A stretch of 64,000 nucleotides of DNA from Akkermansia muciniphila (GTDB taxonomy: Bacteria > Verrucomicrobiota > Verrucomicrobiia > Verrucomicrobiales > V1-33). The stretch covers positions 45,389 through 109,388 of the forward strand of contig CAMAUV010000001.1 in NCBI GenBank assembly GCA_945861415.1, in the 5' to 3' direction. The notes beneath the pieces were generated by a model that was given only the letters and a program-made list of their open reading frames with translations, did not search any database and had not been told where the DNA came from. The stretch's first letter is position 1; every line of letters begins with the position of its first letter. Of this stretch, positions 1-9,075 are shown piece by piece. The translations under genes and the position numbers were made by a program.

Positions 1-1
1 C

Positions 2-142
2 ACCGCTCCTGGCGGCATGATGTTTGGCGATGACTACTCATGGGACGGCGTGAGGCTCGCAGTCCAGCGCTTTGCCGCCGAGGAGAGACTGAAAGTGGAG
101 TTCAGTGCAGACAAGTGGGTGCTGCGAAAGGCGGCGGCATAG
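2..142 (+). CDS. 3' end of a gene entering from outside the window; the tail resembles class I SAM-dependent (TylF/Methyltransf_24-like) methyltransferases
   Basis: The frame is open from the window edge to TAG at 140-142. The tail reads ...PGGMMFGDDYSWDGVRLAVQRFAAEERLKVEF..., which matches the GG-hydrophobic-DDY...GV..AV..F tail I recall for this family. Only 46 aa are visible. Confidence 0.3.
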   Translation, partial: TAPGGMMFGDDYSWDGVRLAVQRFAAEERLKVEFSADKWVLRKAAA

Positions 143-151
143 TGCCGGATG

Positions 152-781
152 TCATTCAAGGTGGTAGGTCATGGCTCCCTTTTCCATGATGGCGACTTTC
201 TTCAGGGAGACCAGCCGCGCAATGATTTCCTCCACCTCTGTCTCAGAGAGTTCCTTACCAAAGTGAGCGTGAATGCTGGACTTGAGCGTGGAGAGCTTTG
301 CCGGGCGGTTTTTCAACTGACGCGCGAGTTTTCCGAGCACAAACTCCACGCGGGCATCAAGCGTTGCGGGAATGACTTTCTTTCCCTTTTCGGGAATGGT
401 CTGGGAAATGCCAAGGGCAGGCACCGCGTCGAATCGCTCATGGCGGAGAACACAAATTCCGTGGTCATGCAGGTGTCCGATCACGGCATCGAATCCCTTG
501 TCTTTCGAAATAATGTGATAGGCTGCTTTGGGCTGCATGGCACACATGCCGCCAAGCTCGCAGGCCAGCACGAAATCGAGAGCGTTTTTTCCGGTGACCT
601 TTGTCTCCACGAGGCGCACCTGCGGAGCGTGTATCAACAACTCTTTGATGAGTTCCACTGGAAGTGTGTCCTGCCGGCTGCCGAGTACGAGGGTCAACGT
701 TACGGGATTTCCGGTGATCAGGGGCACCTGGATTTTCTGCACGTTCTCGTAATCGACGTAGATATGGTGGATAAGCTCCAT
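152..781 (-). CDS. NYN/LabA-like (PIN-fold) domain protein with a helical C-terminal domain
   Basis: The ORF track gives 152..826; I prefer the ATG at 781 (MELIHHIYVDYENV...). NYN/LabA hallmarks are present: IYVDYENV, TGKNALDFVL, and IISKDKGFDAVIGHLHDHGICV (an SgDsDF-like motif). The + strand ORF 149..784 is its antisense shadow. Confidence 0.7.
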   Translation of the reverse strand: MELIHHIYVDYENVQKIQVPLITGNPVTLTLVLGSRQDTLPVELIKELLIHAPQVRLVETKVTGKNALDFVLACELGGMCAMQPKAAYHIISKDKGFDAVIGHLHDHGICVLRHERFDAVPALGISQTIPEKGKKVIPATLDARVEFVLGKLARQLKNRPAKLSTLKSSIHAHFGKELSETEVEEIIARLVSLKKVAIMEKGAMTYHLE

Positions 782-839
782 TAGCCCATCTACTAACGCC
801 TTGTGTCCCGGTGTCCACGGCCACATTTGAAGTGTCTGC

Positions 840-2726
840 TCATTTCAGCTCCCAGCGCTCTCCGAAAAATCCGGCCGCGACTACTTTTCCCGGGAAGGTC
901 CCGTCGGTCGGTGTAGAAACATCCAGCACCGCCCAGTCCGGGAGCTTTGGGTTTTGCTGTGAGTTGGTTTTGCTGTGCGCCTCCCGGAACGTCAGGCCGC
1001 TGTTCAGCACCACGTAGCGGGCCGTGTTGAGAGGATTGGGATAGATGCAGACGGGCACCATGGTGTCCCCGGTGAAGATTTTAGGACCTGCGCTGACGCC
1101 TCCAGCAGTCCATTGTAGCGGAATGGAAGGAATGACTTTGGCGATGACACTGTTCGCAGCCGTATCGCCCCAGAGGATCAGGTTGAAATTCTTCACGTCG
1201 TCCGCGGTGAGTTCGCCGGCCTTTTTCTGGCGCAGGTTGCCTTGCATGAGCCAGCACCAGCGGTCGCGCTGGTGGGCGCATTCCCACTGCACCCAGCGGT
1301 CCACGGCGGGACTGGCGCAAGGCTTATCCGGCAGCACATAAAGAAACGGCGACGTGAACGCATCATCCACGGGCCCCTGCAGTCCGGGCCGTTTGCGCAG
1401 ACCGGGCGGCTCGGTGGCCGGACCGGTGCGCCACTGTGCGCCCTCTTTCATGAGCAGGACGGCTTTGCCTGCGCCGCCGCCGGTGAGTGTCTGTCCGTCG
1501 ATCGTGATACTGAGCGCACCGGAGAAATTTCCTTTCTCCGGGGATTCCAGCCGGAGCGAGGTGACGTTGCTGGTGGTGATAGTCACCCCTTTGGCAGCCG
1601 GCACCGGTGAGTCGAGTTGGGCATCGACGCGGGCCTCTTTCCAGTGTTCGCCGAGTACTGTCACATTCATCCAGTGCATGCGGCTGTAATCGAGGGTGCG
1701 TCCCTGCCATGAGATGCTGAGCGGATAAGCCGGGCGCGGTTTGAGCAATTCCGCCATCACGCGTTTCTGGATATCCTCCTGCACCTCCGGGTGATACTTG
1801 TGCTCCGTGCCGGGGCCGATGAGATGAGTCAGCGCCAAGCCCTCCCGTCTCAATTCCTCCGTCATGATTTCGGCGGAAGCTCGCTGTTTATCATTCTCGC
1901 CGCTATAGCTTACGATGGGGAGGTTGAGAAGATTCCTCCGGCAGTCCGGCACATCGTTCTGGCCCCACAGCGTCACCTCCCACGGAGGCATCGCCGCCTG
2001 CTTTTCCGGCATGATGTTTTGATAGCGCCGCACATCGACGAAACCCGCTCCCGTGTGCACGACAGCCCAGCGGTCCGTGTAATGCGCTTCCAGCAGCCAC
2101 GCACCGGCTCCGCCCATGCTGAATCCGGCAAGGGCCACCCGCCATGGATCGATTCGTCCTTCACGAACCATCAGAGCCGTCACGTCCAGCACATCCTGCT
2201 CGCCAGCATTCTTATATCCAGTGCAGAACCGGCCGAAGGGATGAACCACCACGCAACCGGGTGGCGAGAACTGCCCTTTTTTCTTCATGCGTTCGGCGAT
2301 GAAATGCAGATCCGTGCTCTTGTCCGCACGCCCGCGCAGCCACACCCAAGCGGGAGCTGCAGAAGACTGAGCATCGTCAGGAATTTCCAGTCCGAAAGGC
2401 TGCGGCGATCCATCAATCGGGCTGTAGTATCCCCTAACGACGAGCCCCTTTTGCTTCATCCATGGCGTTTGGCCGGCTCTCAGTGCATCGATGCGGCGCC
2501 TAGCTTCGTCCAGCAGTTCGCGGGCGGTCTCGGCCTCTTGCGGCTTTTGGAATTCATTGAGTTCGAGCGCAAACCGCACCGCCTTGAGCAACACCTCGGC
2601 ATTCGCATTTTCCCGCTTTTTTGGCAGCGAGGAAAACTCCTGTGTCAGCTGATTCAGCCGTATAGTGAGCGCAGCCTGATCCGCTGCCGGGAGAGGAACG
2701 CCGGGGGGCGGAAGAATGCGGACCAC
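840..2726 (-). CDS. alpha/beta-hydrolase, prolyl-oligopeptidase/esterase-like serine hydrolase (body of the gene; see the in-frame TAG finding)
   Basis: This is a 628-aa ORF with the nucleophile elbow GFSMGGAG in an alpha/beta-hydrolase context. The first codon on the track is GTG at 2726. A 16-aa signal peptide (MLKLVPLLLASALAGA, ATG at 2789) lies in the same frame, separated only by TAG at 2739-2741. Confidence 0.75.
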   Translation of the reverse strand: MVRILPPPGVPLPAADQAALTIRLNQLTQEFSSLPKKRENANAEVLLKAVRFALELNEFQKPQEAETARELLDEARRRIDALRAGQTPWMKQKGLVVRGYYSPIDGSPQPFGLEIPDDAQSSAAPAWVWLRGRADKSTDLHFIAERMKKKGQFSPPGCVVVHPFGRFCTGYKNAGEQDVLDVTALMVREGRIDPWRVALAGFSMGGAGAWLLEAHYTDRWAVVHTGAGFVDVRRYQNIMPEKQAAMPPWEVTLWGQNDVPDCRRNLLNLPIVSYSGENDKQRASAEIMTEELRREGLALTHLIGPGTEHKYHPEVQEDIQKRVMAELLKPRPAYPLSISWQGRTLDYSRMHWMNVTVLGEHWKEARVDAQLDSPVPAAKGVTITTSNVTSLRLESPEKGNFSGALSITIDGQTLTGGGAGKAVLLMKEGAQWRTGPATEPPGLRKRPGLQGPVDDAFTSPFLYVLPDKPCASPAVDRWVQWECAHQRDRWCWLMQGNLRQKKAGELTADDVKNFNLILWGDTAANSVIAKVIPSIPLQWTAGGVSAGPKIFTGDTMVPVCIYPNPLNTARYVVLNSGLTFREAHSKTNSQQNPKLPDWAVLDVSTPTDGTFPGKVVAAGFFGERWELK

Positions 2727-2945
2727 CGGATTGAAATCCTAAGCGCCGGCCAGAGCAGAGGCGAGAAGAAGAGGAACAAGCTTGAGCATTCTCTCCCGTC
2801 TTCCGGGTCTGTAGCAGCGCCACTCGTGACGGCTTCCGCGTCGGCGGATGGCACCAAAGTCCCGGGGACATGGCCGGGTGCAGGGAGAGGTGGCGACATC
2901 AATGTTTCGCTGGAAAACAGTCCGGGACGCGTCCGTAGGAAGCTC

Positions 2946-3779
2946 ATGAGAATTGCATTCCTTCTGCTCGCCGCCATCACTCTCACTTCCAGCGCCTCCG
3001 TCGCGGGAGAGGCATCGCACAAGGGCAAGGGTCTGACAGTCACCTTGGTGGCGGATGTGACGGCGGTGCAGTCGGGAAAAAGCTTCTATGCCGGCCTGCT
3101 GATTCGGCATGAGCGCGGTTACCACACCTACTGGAAGAATCCGGGGCTGGCCGGCGTGGCCACAAGGCTCGAGTGGTTACTGCCCGAGGGCTGGAAGGCG
3201 GGGGAGATCGAGTGGCCCGAGCCTGAAAAAGTCAAGATGGCCTCTATCAATACCCATGGCTATGAAAAGGACACCATCCTTCAGGTGAAAATCACGCCGC
3301 CGGCCAAACTGGACAAGACGGTCACACTGAAAACCAAAGCGTCGTGGATGTGCTGTGCAAAGTCCTGCCATCCCGGATTCACAGATCTCGAACTCGGGCT
3401 CCCCGTCGCTGAAAATGCACCCGCTTCAAAACTGGCCACGCGAATGAGCAGCGAACGCACGCAATATCCGGTGAAAGTCAGCGGCTGGAAATTCACCGCA
3501 GTGCGCGAGGACCAGATGATCATCCTCAGCGGGCAGCCTGACGGAGACGCCGTCAAGGTTCCGGAGGCCCCGCAGTTTTTCCCGGCGGACAACATGATCT
3601 GTTCCCATCCGGAGCAGCCCTGGACGACCGATGGCAGGGGATTCACGGCCAAACTGACCGCTTCCGAGTTCCCGCCGAAGGATCAGTCTGTGCTCCGCGG
3701 CCTGTTGGTTGGGAAGGGGGGCTGGAATGCCGGAGACAAGAGGGCGGTGGAAATCGAAGTGCCAGTCACAAGGAAATAA
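2946..3779 (+). CDS. DsbD/ScsB N-terminal-like (DsbC-type disulfide corrector) domain protein, secreted
   Basis: The ATG at 2946 is in frame with track ORF 1791..3779, whose 5' part is antisense to the hydrolase. The signal peptide is MRIAFLLLAAITLTSSASVAG. Motifs YHTYWKNPG...EWLLPEGW...EIEWPEP and SWMCCAKSCHPG are typical of the DsbD N-terminal family. Confidence 0.7.
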   Translation: MRIAFLLLAAITLTSSASVAGEASHKGKGLTVTLVADVTAVQSGKSFYAGLLIRHERGYHTYWKNPGLAGVATRLEWLLPEGWKAGEIEWPEPEKVKMASINTHGYEKDTILQVKITPPAKLDKTVTLKTKASWMCCAKSCHPGFTDLELGLPVAENAPASKLATRMSSERTQYPVKVSGWKFTAVREDQMIILSGQPDGDAVKVPEAPQFFPADNMICSHPEQPWTTDGRGFTAKLTASEFPPKDQSVLRGLLVGKGGWNAGDKRAVEIEVPVTRK

Positions 3780-4517
3780 TCACGCCATGCCACGCGCGCG
3801 CAGGATGTCCCAGAAGTGGCGGTCGCTTTCCTGCGGGAAAGTTTGCCTCAGCATCCGCACTTCACGCCAAGGACGGAGCGCCTGACCGCCCACTAGTGTC
3901 TCATTCAAGCTGGCCGGTGTGGTGATGCTGCGCACATCAGCAAAGTGGCTTACGAAGAACTTTCGGAAGGCGGACTGCATGGTGCGGTGGCCTTTTCCGA
4001 CCACTAGATTCACGGCGAAGAGTCCATCTGCGGCGGTAGTTCGCTCCAAAGCCGCCCGCAGAGCAGGGATGTAAAGGCCTGGGCGGATCACGTCATCGTG
4101 CGTGACGCCGTAAACGTCATCGAAGACCAAGTCGAATTTCCGGCGGTTCTTCTCCAGCCATGCGTAAGCATCACCCGTGATGACCTTCACCCCGATGTCA
4201 TCGAGACCCATGTATTCGCGGGCGAGCGCCACCATATCACCGTCAATTTCCACCGCGGTGATGTCGAGGTTCGGTTGGAGGTGCCGGAGGGTACGGAGAC
4301 TGGTGCCGCCACCGAGGCCGAGCATGAGCAGTGTCTGCGGGCGTCTCGGATGCGACATCACACCGGCGGCCATGTTGTCCCACGCAAGACCGGTGAGAAA
4401 TTTCTGGCGATGCCACCACGCATGCGTCGCTCCCGTGACACGGAATTCAACCTCGTCACGATCCCCCCAAATATCGATCCTTTGGTAGGGCGTGAGCTTC
4501 GATTTGATTTGGCGCAT
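3780..4517 (-). CDS. spermidine-synthase-like SAM-dependent methyltransferase
   Basis: 245-aa ORF. It carries the SAM-binding loop LMLGLGGGT followed by AVEIDGDMV and the acidic D-D-V-Y pattern seen in spermine/spermidine synthase family proteins. Confidence 0.6.
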   Translation of the reverse strand: MRQIKSKLTPYQRIDIWGDRDEVEFRVTGATHAWWHRQKFLTGLAWDNMAAGVMSHPRRPQTLLMLGLGGGTSLRTLRHLQPNLDITAVEIDGDMVALAREYMGLDDIGVKVITGDAYAWLEKNRRKFDLVFDDVYGVTHDDVIRPGLYIPALRAALERTTAADGLFAVNLVVGKGHRTMQSAFRKFFVSHFADVRSITTPASLNETLVGGQALRPWREVRMLRQTFPQESDRHFWDILRARGMA

Positions 4518-4559
4518 GCGGCGTGAGTCAATGCAATGCGGTCTGCGCGCCAGCCGAAA

Positions 4560-4991
4560 TTACTTTTCCACAGGCAGCCCGGCTTTTTTCCAGCCGGCGA
4601 ATCCGCCATGCATGTGGATGAGCGATTTAAAGCCTGCCTTCTCAAAAGCCGGGAGACTGCGAGTGCTGCGGCCGCCGCTCTGACAATGCACCAGATAAGT
4701 CGTCGACTTGTCTAGTTTCGCGATCTCCTCAGCGAACTTGGCCCCGTTGAAGTCAATGTTCACCGCGCCTGCGAGGTGGCCGTTCTTGAATTCTTCCGGT
4801 GTTCGTATGTCCAGAATGGTGATCGCCGCGCTTTTCTTTGCTGCGGCATCATCAAGGAGCTTCTTTGCCGCCGCCGCATCGGATTGCTTTACCCCGCCTA
4901 CAGGTTCCTCCGCTTTGGTGGCGGCGTAGATTGCGCCATCTGTAGTTAGCGGAATGGCGGCAAGGACGAGCAGAAAGAGAGTCGTTTTCAT
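4560..4991 (-). CDS. rhodanese-like sulfurtransferase domain protein, secreted
   Basis: The signal peptide MKTTLFLLVLAAIPL starts at ATG 4991 (the track ORF extends to 5015). The rhodanese active-site loop HCQSGGRS is present. Confidence 0.85.
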   Translation of the reverse strand: MKTTLFLLVLAAIPLTTDGAIYAATKAEEPVGGVKQSDAAAAKKLLDDAAAKKSAAITILDIRTPEEFKNGHLAGAVNIDFNGAKFAEEIAKLDKSTTYLVHCQSGGRSTRSLPAFEKAGFKSLIHMHGGFAGWKKAGLPVEK

Positions 4992-5021
4992 GATTGTGTG
5001 AATGGAAGGGTGCAATGTCTT

Positions 5022-6206
5022 TTAGCGTGCGTCTACACAGACCACGCTGCCTTTTGCATTTCGGCAGAATATGCGGCCGTTCGAGAGGACGGGCGTAGTC
5101 CAGCAGCGCCCGCTGAGAACTTCCGCTTTGGCTGACGGCTCGAATTTCGCAGGACTCACTGGTGCAATCATGAGTTCTCCGCGGTGGCTCAGGGCGATGA
5201 GCTTGCCGTCCGCCACCATCACACCGCCAACCCCGAAGCCCTTGTGCTCCCATTTTACTGTCCCGGTTTTCATCTCGACGCATTTGAGTGCACCTTTGTC
5301 TCCGTCATTGCCGTCCGGACCATAAAGATGACCGTCCACCAGAACACAGGAGTTGAACTGGGAGCGCATCACGCGGCTTTCCCACACCTTTTGAGGCTCG
5401 CCGCCGGAGGTGTCCAGTAGCGTGCAGCCTTTGTTATAGCCCGAAGCGATAAAGACACTGGTGCCGTCCACAATGGGCTCGGCAGCATTCACGCCATATT
5501 GCGTCTTCCACGGATACTCCCAGCGGATTGTACCCGTAGCCGCATCGACCGCGGAGTATGTCTTGCCGGAGGAAAAATAGATCAGTCCGTCGGCACCAGG
5601 CAGCGGCGTGGAATAACCGGCCGGCTTGTCTCCCGACTTCCATTTCACCTCACCACTCGCTTTGCTCAGGGCCATGCCTCGCTCCCCGATGGAGAGGTAA
5701 ACGAGGTCACCGTTCACCAGCGGCGATCCCGCAAATCCCCAATCGGGAATCGTCATGTTGTTATCCTTTGCGGCATTCTTTTGCCACACCGGTTTGCCGG
5801 TGGTGGCATCAAGGCACATGGCATCGCCCCAGCGGCTGAGGTGATAGACTTTGCCATCCGACACGGTCGGTGTCGCCGAGGTGCCGCCTTCGTAATATTT
5901 GTCTCCCAGTTCGGAGGGAAAGCTGTGTTTCCACACAACCTTTCCGGACTCTGCGTCGAGGCAGAAGACGGTGTCCTCATCTTTGGCAAAGCCAGCCGTG
6001 AAGACATGCTTTCCCGCGCTCGAAAACGAGGAGAATCCGATCCCCACTTCCACCTTCCATGCGATTTTCGGCCCGGCGTCTGGCCATGTGGTTTTCCATC
6101 CGGTTTCTTTGGAAATGCCGTTGTGGTCTGATCCCCGGTAGACGGGCCAGTCAGTGGCATTAACTGGGGCGGTGAGCAGGAGTAGCGAGGGAAGGATAGC
6201 TTTCAT
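5022..6206 (-). CDS. PQQ-like (BamB-like) beta-propeller repeat protein, secreted
   Basis: 394-aa ORF with a signal peptide followed by DWPVYRG. Repeated G..V...D..tG...W blades are typical of PQQ_2/PQQ_3 propellers. Confidence 0.8.
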   Translation of the reverse strand: MKAILPSLLLLTAPVNATDWPVYRGSDHNGISKETGWKTTWPDAGPKIAWKVEVGIGFSSFSSAGKHVFTAGFAKDEDTVFCLDAESGKVVWKHSFPSELGDKYYEGGTSATPTVSDGKVYHLSRWGDAMCLDATTGKPVWQKNAAKDNNMTIPDWGFAGSPLVNGDLVYLSIGERGMALSKASGEVKWKSGDKPAGYSTPLPGADGLIYFSSGKTYSAVDAATGTIRWEYPWKTQYGVNAAEPIVDGTSVFIASGYNKGCTLLDTSGGEPQKVWESRVMRSQFNSCVLVDGHLYGPDGNDGDKGALKCVEMKTGTVKWEHKGFGVGGVMVADGKLIALSHRGELMIAPVSPAKFEPSAKAEVLSGRCWTTPVLSNGRIFCRNAKGSVVCVDAR

Positions 6207-6336
6207 AAATTTCGGGAAGGCAATTTGGCTTTAGGCTTTCCGCTTCTGTCTTGCAAGGAGGCAGGCGGGTCCATTCTTCCGTTGCGCTGGGGTAAGCCTA
6301 CAGCAAGCACTTCCTGGCGTAGCTGCGCAGCCGACC

Positions 6337-7065
6337 ATGAAAACCCTCCCGCTTAATCTTCACCCGGACAGAGTCCCGCGGCACGTCGCCGTGATCATGG
6401 ACGGCAACGGGAGGTGGGCGAAAAAGTTCGGCTGGCAGCGCACCCGCGGTCACCGCGCCGGAGCGGACGCCGTCAGTCGCTGCGTGGAGGCCTGCGACGA
6501 CATCGGCACTGAATTTCTGACCCTCTACGCGTTCAGCACCGAGAACTGGCGGCGGCCAAAAACCGAGATCGAAGCACTGATGCGGTTGCTCGATAAATTT
6601 CTCAAAGAACGGACCCCCGAGATGATGGACAAAAATGTCCGCCTGCAAGCGATCGGGCGCATCACTGATCTGCCTGCAAATGTGCAGGAACGCCTGCACC
6701 AGAGCATCGAGACCACGGGCAAAAACACCGGTGTCACCATGGTCCTCGCGTTGAGCTATGGAGGCCGTGAGGAAATTGTGGACGGCATCCGGAGCATCGT
6801 GCGCAATCTCCGCGAGGGGCACCTCGACGAAGCCATGATCACCCCGGAGATGTTCGGGAAGCACCTTTATACCCGATACTATCCCGACCCTGACCTCCTC
6901 ATCCGGACGAGTGGCGAAATGCGACTTTCCAACTTCCTCCTTTGGCAGTGCAGTTATGCGGAGATCGTGGTCATGGAAAAACTCTGGCCTGATTTCCAGA
7001 AGGAGGATCTCTACAAGGCCGTTCAGGAATACCAGAAGCGGCACCGCAGATTCGGCGGTCTTTAG
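6337..7065 (+). CDS. uppS: isoprenyl transferase (undecaprenyl-diphosphate synthase)
   Basis: Canonical cis-prenyltransferase motifs are present: HVAVIMDGNGRWAK, LTLYAFSTENWRRP, and IRTSGEMRLSNFLLWQ. Confidence 0.95.
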   Translation: MKTLPLNLHPDRVPRHVAVIMDGNGRWAKKFGWQRTRGHRAGADAVSRCVEACDDIGTEFLTLYAFSTENWRRPKTEIEALMRLLDKFLKERTPEMMDKNVRLQAIGRITDLPANVQERLHQSIETTGKNTGVTMVLALSYGGREEIVDGIRSIVRNLREGHLDEAMITPEMFGKHLYTRYYPDPDLLIRTSGEMRLSNFLLWQCSYAEIVVMEKLWPDFQKEDLYKAVQEYQKRHRRFGGL

Positions 7066-7066
7066 C

Positions 7067-7085
7067 GGGTGGCACATGGCCACCC
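7067..7085. terminator. short GC hairpin between convergent genes (possible bidirectional terminator)
   Basis: GGGTGGC-acatg-GCCACCC forms a 7-bp perfect stem. It lies in the 22-nt gap between the uppS stop (7065) and the stop of the convergent gene (7088). There is no U-tract. Confidence 0.3.
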
Positions 7086-7087
7086 AC

Positions 7088-7834
7088 TCACCTGCCGGTG
7101 CGCTTGGTAGGCATGGGAACCCCTGCGCAGGCGGCGGGCCAATCTGCGCAGGGCCACTGGGCGAGCAGGGGATGCTTCCCCTCATCCAACCAGCGCAGCA
7201 CGCGCACCATGTCCGGCTCTGCCATGGCCGTGCACCCGCCGGTAGTGGCCCTGGGGCCTGTCCAGAGATGCAGGAAAATGCAAGACCCGCCGTGGGGAGC
7301 GCTGGCGGCATTGTGGTTCACCACCAATCCCCATCGATAGGCGCCACTGACAGGAATCATGTTTTCCGCACTAGTCCAGTCCTTTTGCACCTTACGGGAG
7401 TCCACGATTTTGTTGTAGTGTGCGCTCTTCACATCATCCACGCCGGCGTGGTGTGACGTCATCTGCTTCCAAGGCCATGAGGGCAATGCTGCCTGCTTTG
7501 CAGTGAAGGGGCCGAAGGCGTTTCCTAGGGTAAAGAGCCCGGCGGGAGAACAGCCGTCGCCTTCAACTTTCACTGCGGCTCCCGCAGAAATGGTGTGCAG
7601 TCCCCGGCCCCGCCGCAAACCGTTCCGGCCCAGCACCACAGGAATTTCGGTGTCCTCCTGATGCCACGGGGCGGCTGCATTTTCGCGACTCCACAGGCGC
7701 ATGATGGCGCGGGTAGATGTCCATGCGCTGGACTCTACGGTGATCAACTGCCGACAAACGCCTGCTTTTTTTACCGCTGCTTTGGTGAGCACGGGAGCGG
7801 CGGCTAGCAGTGCCATGGCGGCGCGGCGGGTCAT
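7088..7834 (-). CDS. L,D-transpeptidase catalytic-domain (YkuD-like, COG3786-type) protein, secreted
   Basis: The signal peptide is MTRRAAMALLAAAPVLTKAA. The C-terminal motif GSCIFLHLW...TTGGCTAM resembles the His/Cys catalytic region of YkuD-fold proteins. Confidence 0.6.
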   Translation of the reverse strand: MTRRAAMALLAAAPVLTKAAVKKAGVCRQLITVESSAWTSTRAIMRLWSRENAAAPWHQEDTEIPVVLGRNGLRRGRGLHTISAGAAVKVEGDGCSPAGLFTLGNAFGPFTAKQAALPSWPWKQMTSHHAGVDDVKSAHYNKIVDSRKVQKDWTSAENMIPVSGAYRWGLVVNHNAASAPHGGSCIFLHLWTGPRATTGGCTAMAEPDMVRVLRWLDEGKHPLLAQWPCADWPAACAGVPMPTKRTGR

Positions 7835-8991
7835 GGCAGGGCGCTTTTAAATCGCCGCAAGCCTTCCTCAAGGTTGCTCAGCGGGCAGCCGAAATTCAGC
7901 CGCACAAATCCTGTTCCAGGGACGCCAAAATCCGCCCCGTTGTTCATTGCCAGTCCGTAGGCCTCAAAGTGCGACGAAGCCGGCTGAGGCAGTCCCAGCG
8001 CCCGCACGTCCAGCCATGCCAGATAAGTGGACTCCATGTGCGGCATCACGACCCCGGGAGCGTTTTCCGAGAGGAAATGGACAATGGTGTCACGATTTCT
8101 CCGGAGGTAGCGGCAAAGCGATTGCCGCCAGCTCTCGCACTGGTTGAAGGCGGCCTCCGTCGCATGAAAGCTCAGCGGACTGATCTCCGCGACGAACGTA
8201 TTCTTCGTAAGTTGGAATCGACGGCGCAGTTTCTCGTCGGGAATTATAGCGAAGCAAAGTCCAAGCCCGGGAATATTGTAGGTCTTGCTCGCCGCCATGA
8301 GCGTGATGGTGCGGCTGCGAATGTCGCCCTCCAGTTTCAGCGCCGTAGTGTGTGGGGCAGTCTGCGGCTCAAGAAGCAGGTCCGCATGGATTTCATCACT
8401 GATGAGGAGCAGGTCATGGCGCAAACAGAACTCTGCCAGCGCGTCCAGTTCCGCGCGAGTCCAGACGCGTCCCACCGGATTGTGGGGACTGCACAGGAAT
8501 ACCATGCGGGTGCGCGGAGTCACCGCGGCCTCCATGGCATCGAAATCGAAGGTATAGCGTCCGCAATTCACTGCCAGCGGCACCTTGACCAGTGAGCGCC
8601 TAGCGTCCTTGTGGACCTTTAGGAAGGGAGGATAAACCGGAGTGAAGGTCATGATCTCATCGCCATCCTCACCGGCTAGAGTGGCCGCCTGAGCGAGGCC
8701 GACAACCATGCCGGGCATCCAATAAATCCAAGAGGGATCGATTTCCACGCCATGCACCCGGCGAAGGTGACCACATACTGCGACCGCCGGGCCTTCATGC
8801 GCGACACTGTAGCCGAACACTCCATGATCCACGCGCCGGTGCAGGGCATCCATGATGGGCTGCGCCGCACGGAAGTCCATGTCCGCCACCCACATGGGCA
8901 GCACCTCGCGTCCCGCATAGCGCGCCCACTTGAGGCTGCCGGTGCCTACCCGCTCCACGGGGGTGTCGAAGAGAGAAAAATCGTCTGTCAT
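7831..8991 (-). CDS. MalY/PatB-family PLP-dependent C-S lyase (cystathionine beta-lyase type aminotransferase)
   Basis: The N-terminus reads FDTPVERVGTGSLKWARY. The PLP-lysine region is AASKTYNIPGLG. The length of 386 aa is typical. It overlaps the downstream gene by 4 nt. Confidence 0.85.
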   Translation of the reverse strand: MTDDFSLFDTPVERVGTGSLKWARYAGREVLPMWVADMDFRAAQPIMDALHRRVDHGVFGYSVAHEGPAVAVCGHLRRVHGVEIDPSWIYWMPGMVVGLAQAATLAGEDGDEIMTFTPVYPPFLKVHKDARRSLVKVPLAVNCGRYTFDFDAMEAAVTPRTRMVFLCSPHNPVGRVWTRAELDALAEFCLRHDLLLISDEIHADLLLEPQTAPHTTALKLEGDIRSRTITLMAASKTYNIPGLGLCFAIIPDEKLRRRFQLTKNTFVAEISPLSFHATEAAFNQCESWRQSLCRYLRRNRDTIVHFLSENAPGVVMPHMESTYLAWLDVRALGLPQPASSHFEAYGLAMNNGADFGVPGTGFVRLNFGCPLSNLEEGLRRFKSALP

Positions 8992-9075
8992 ACAGGTCGT
9001 CTGTGTATGGCTGCAGACTCCGGCGAAAGAGGGAAATAGCCGTTGCGTAGACGGCCTGCGGTTTGTTTCTAAAGA

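Noticed and set aside
1791-2945. The 5' 385 codons of track ORF 1791..3779
   Set aside because: This part is antisense to the alpha/beta-hydrolase and has no protein-like features. The real gene starts at ATG 2946 with a signal peptide.
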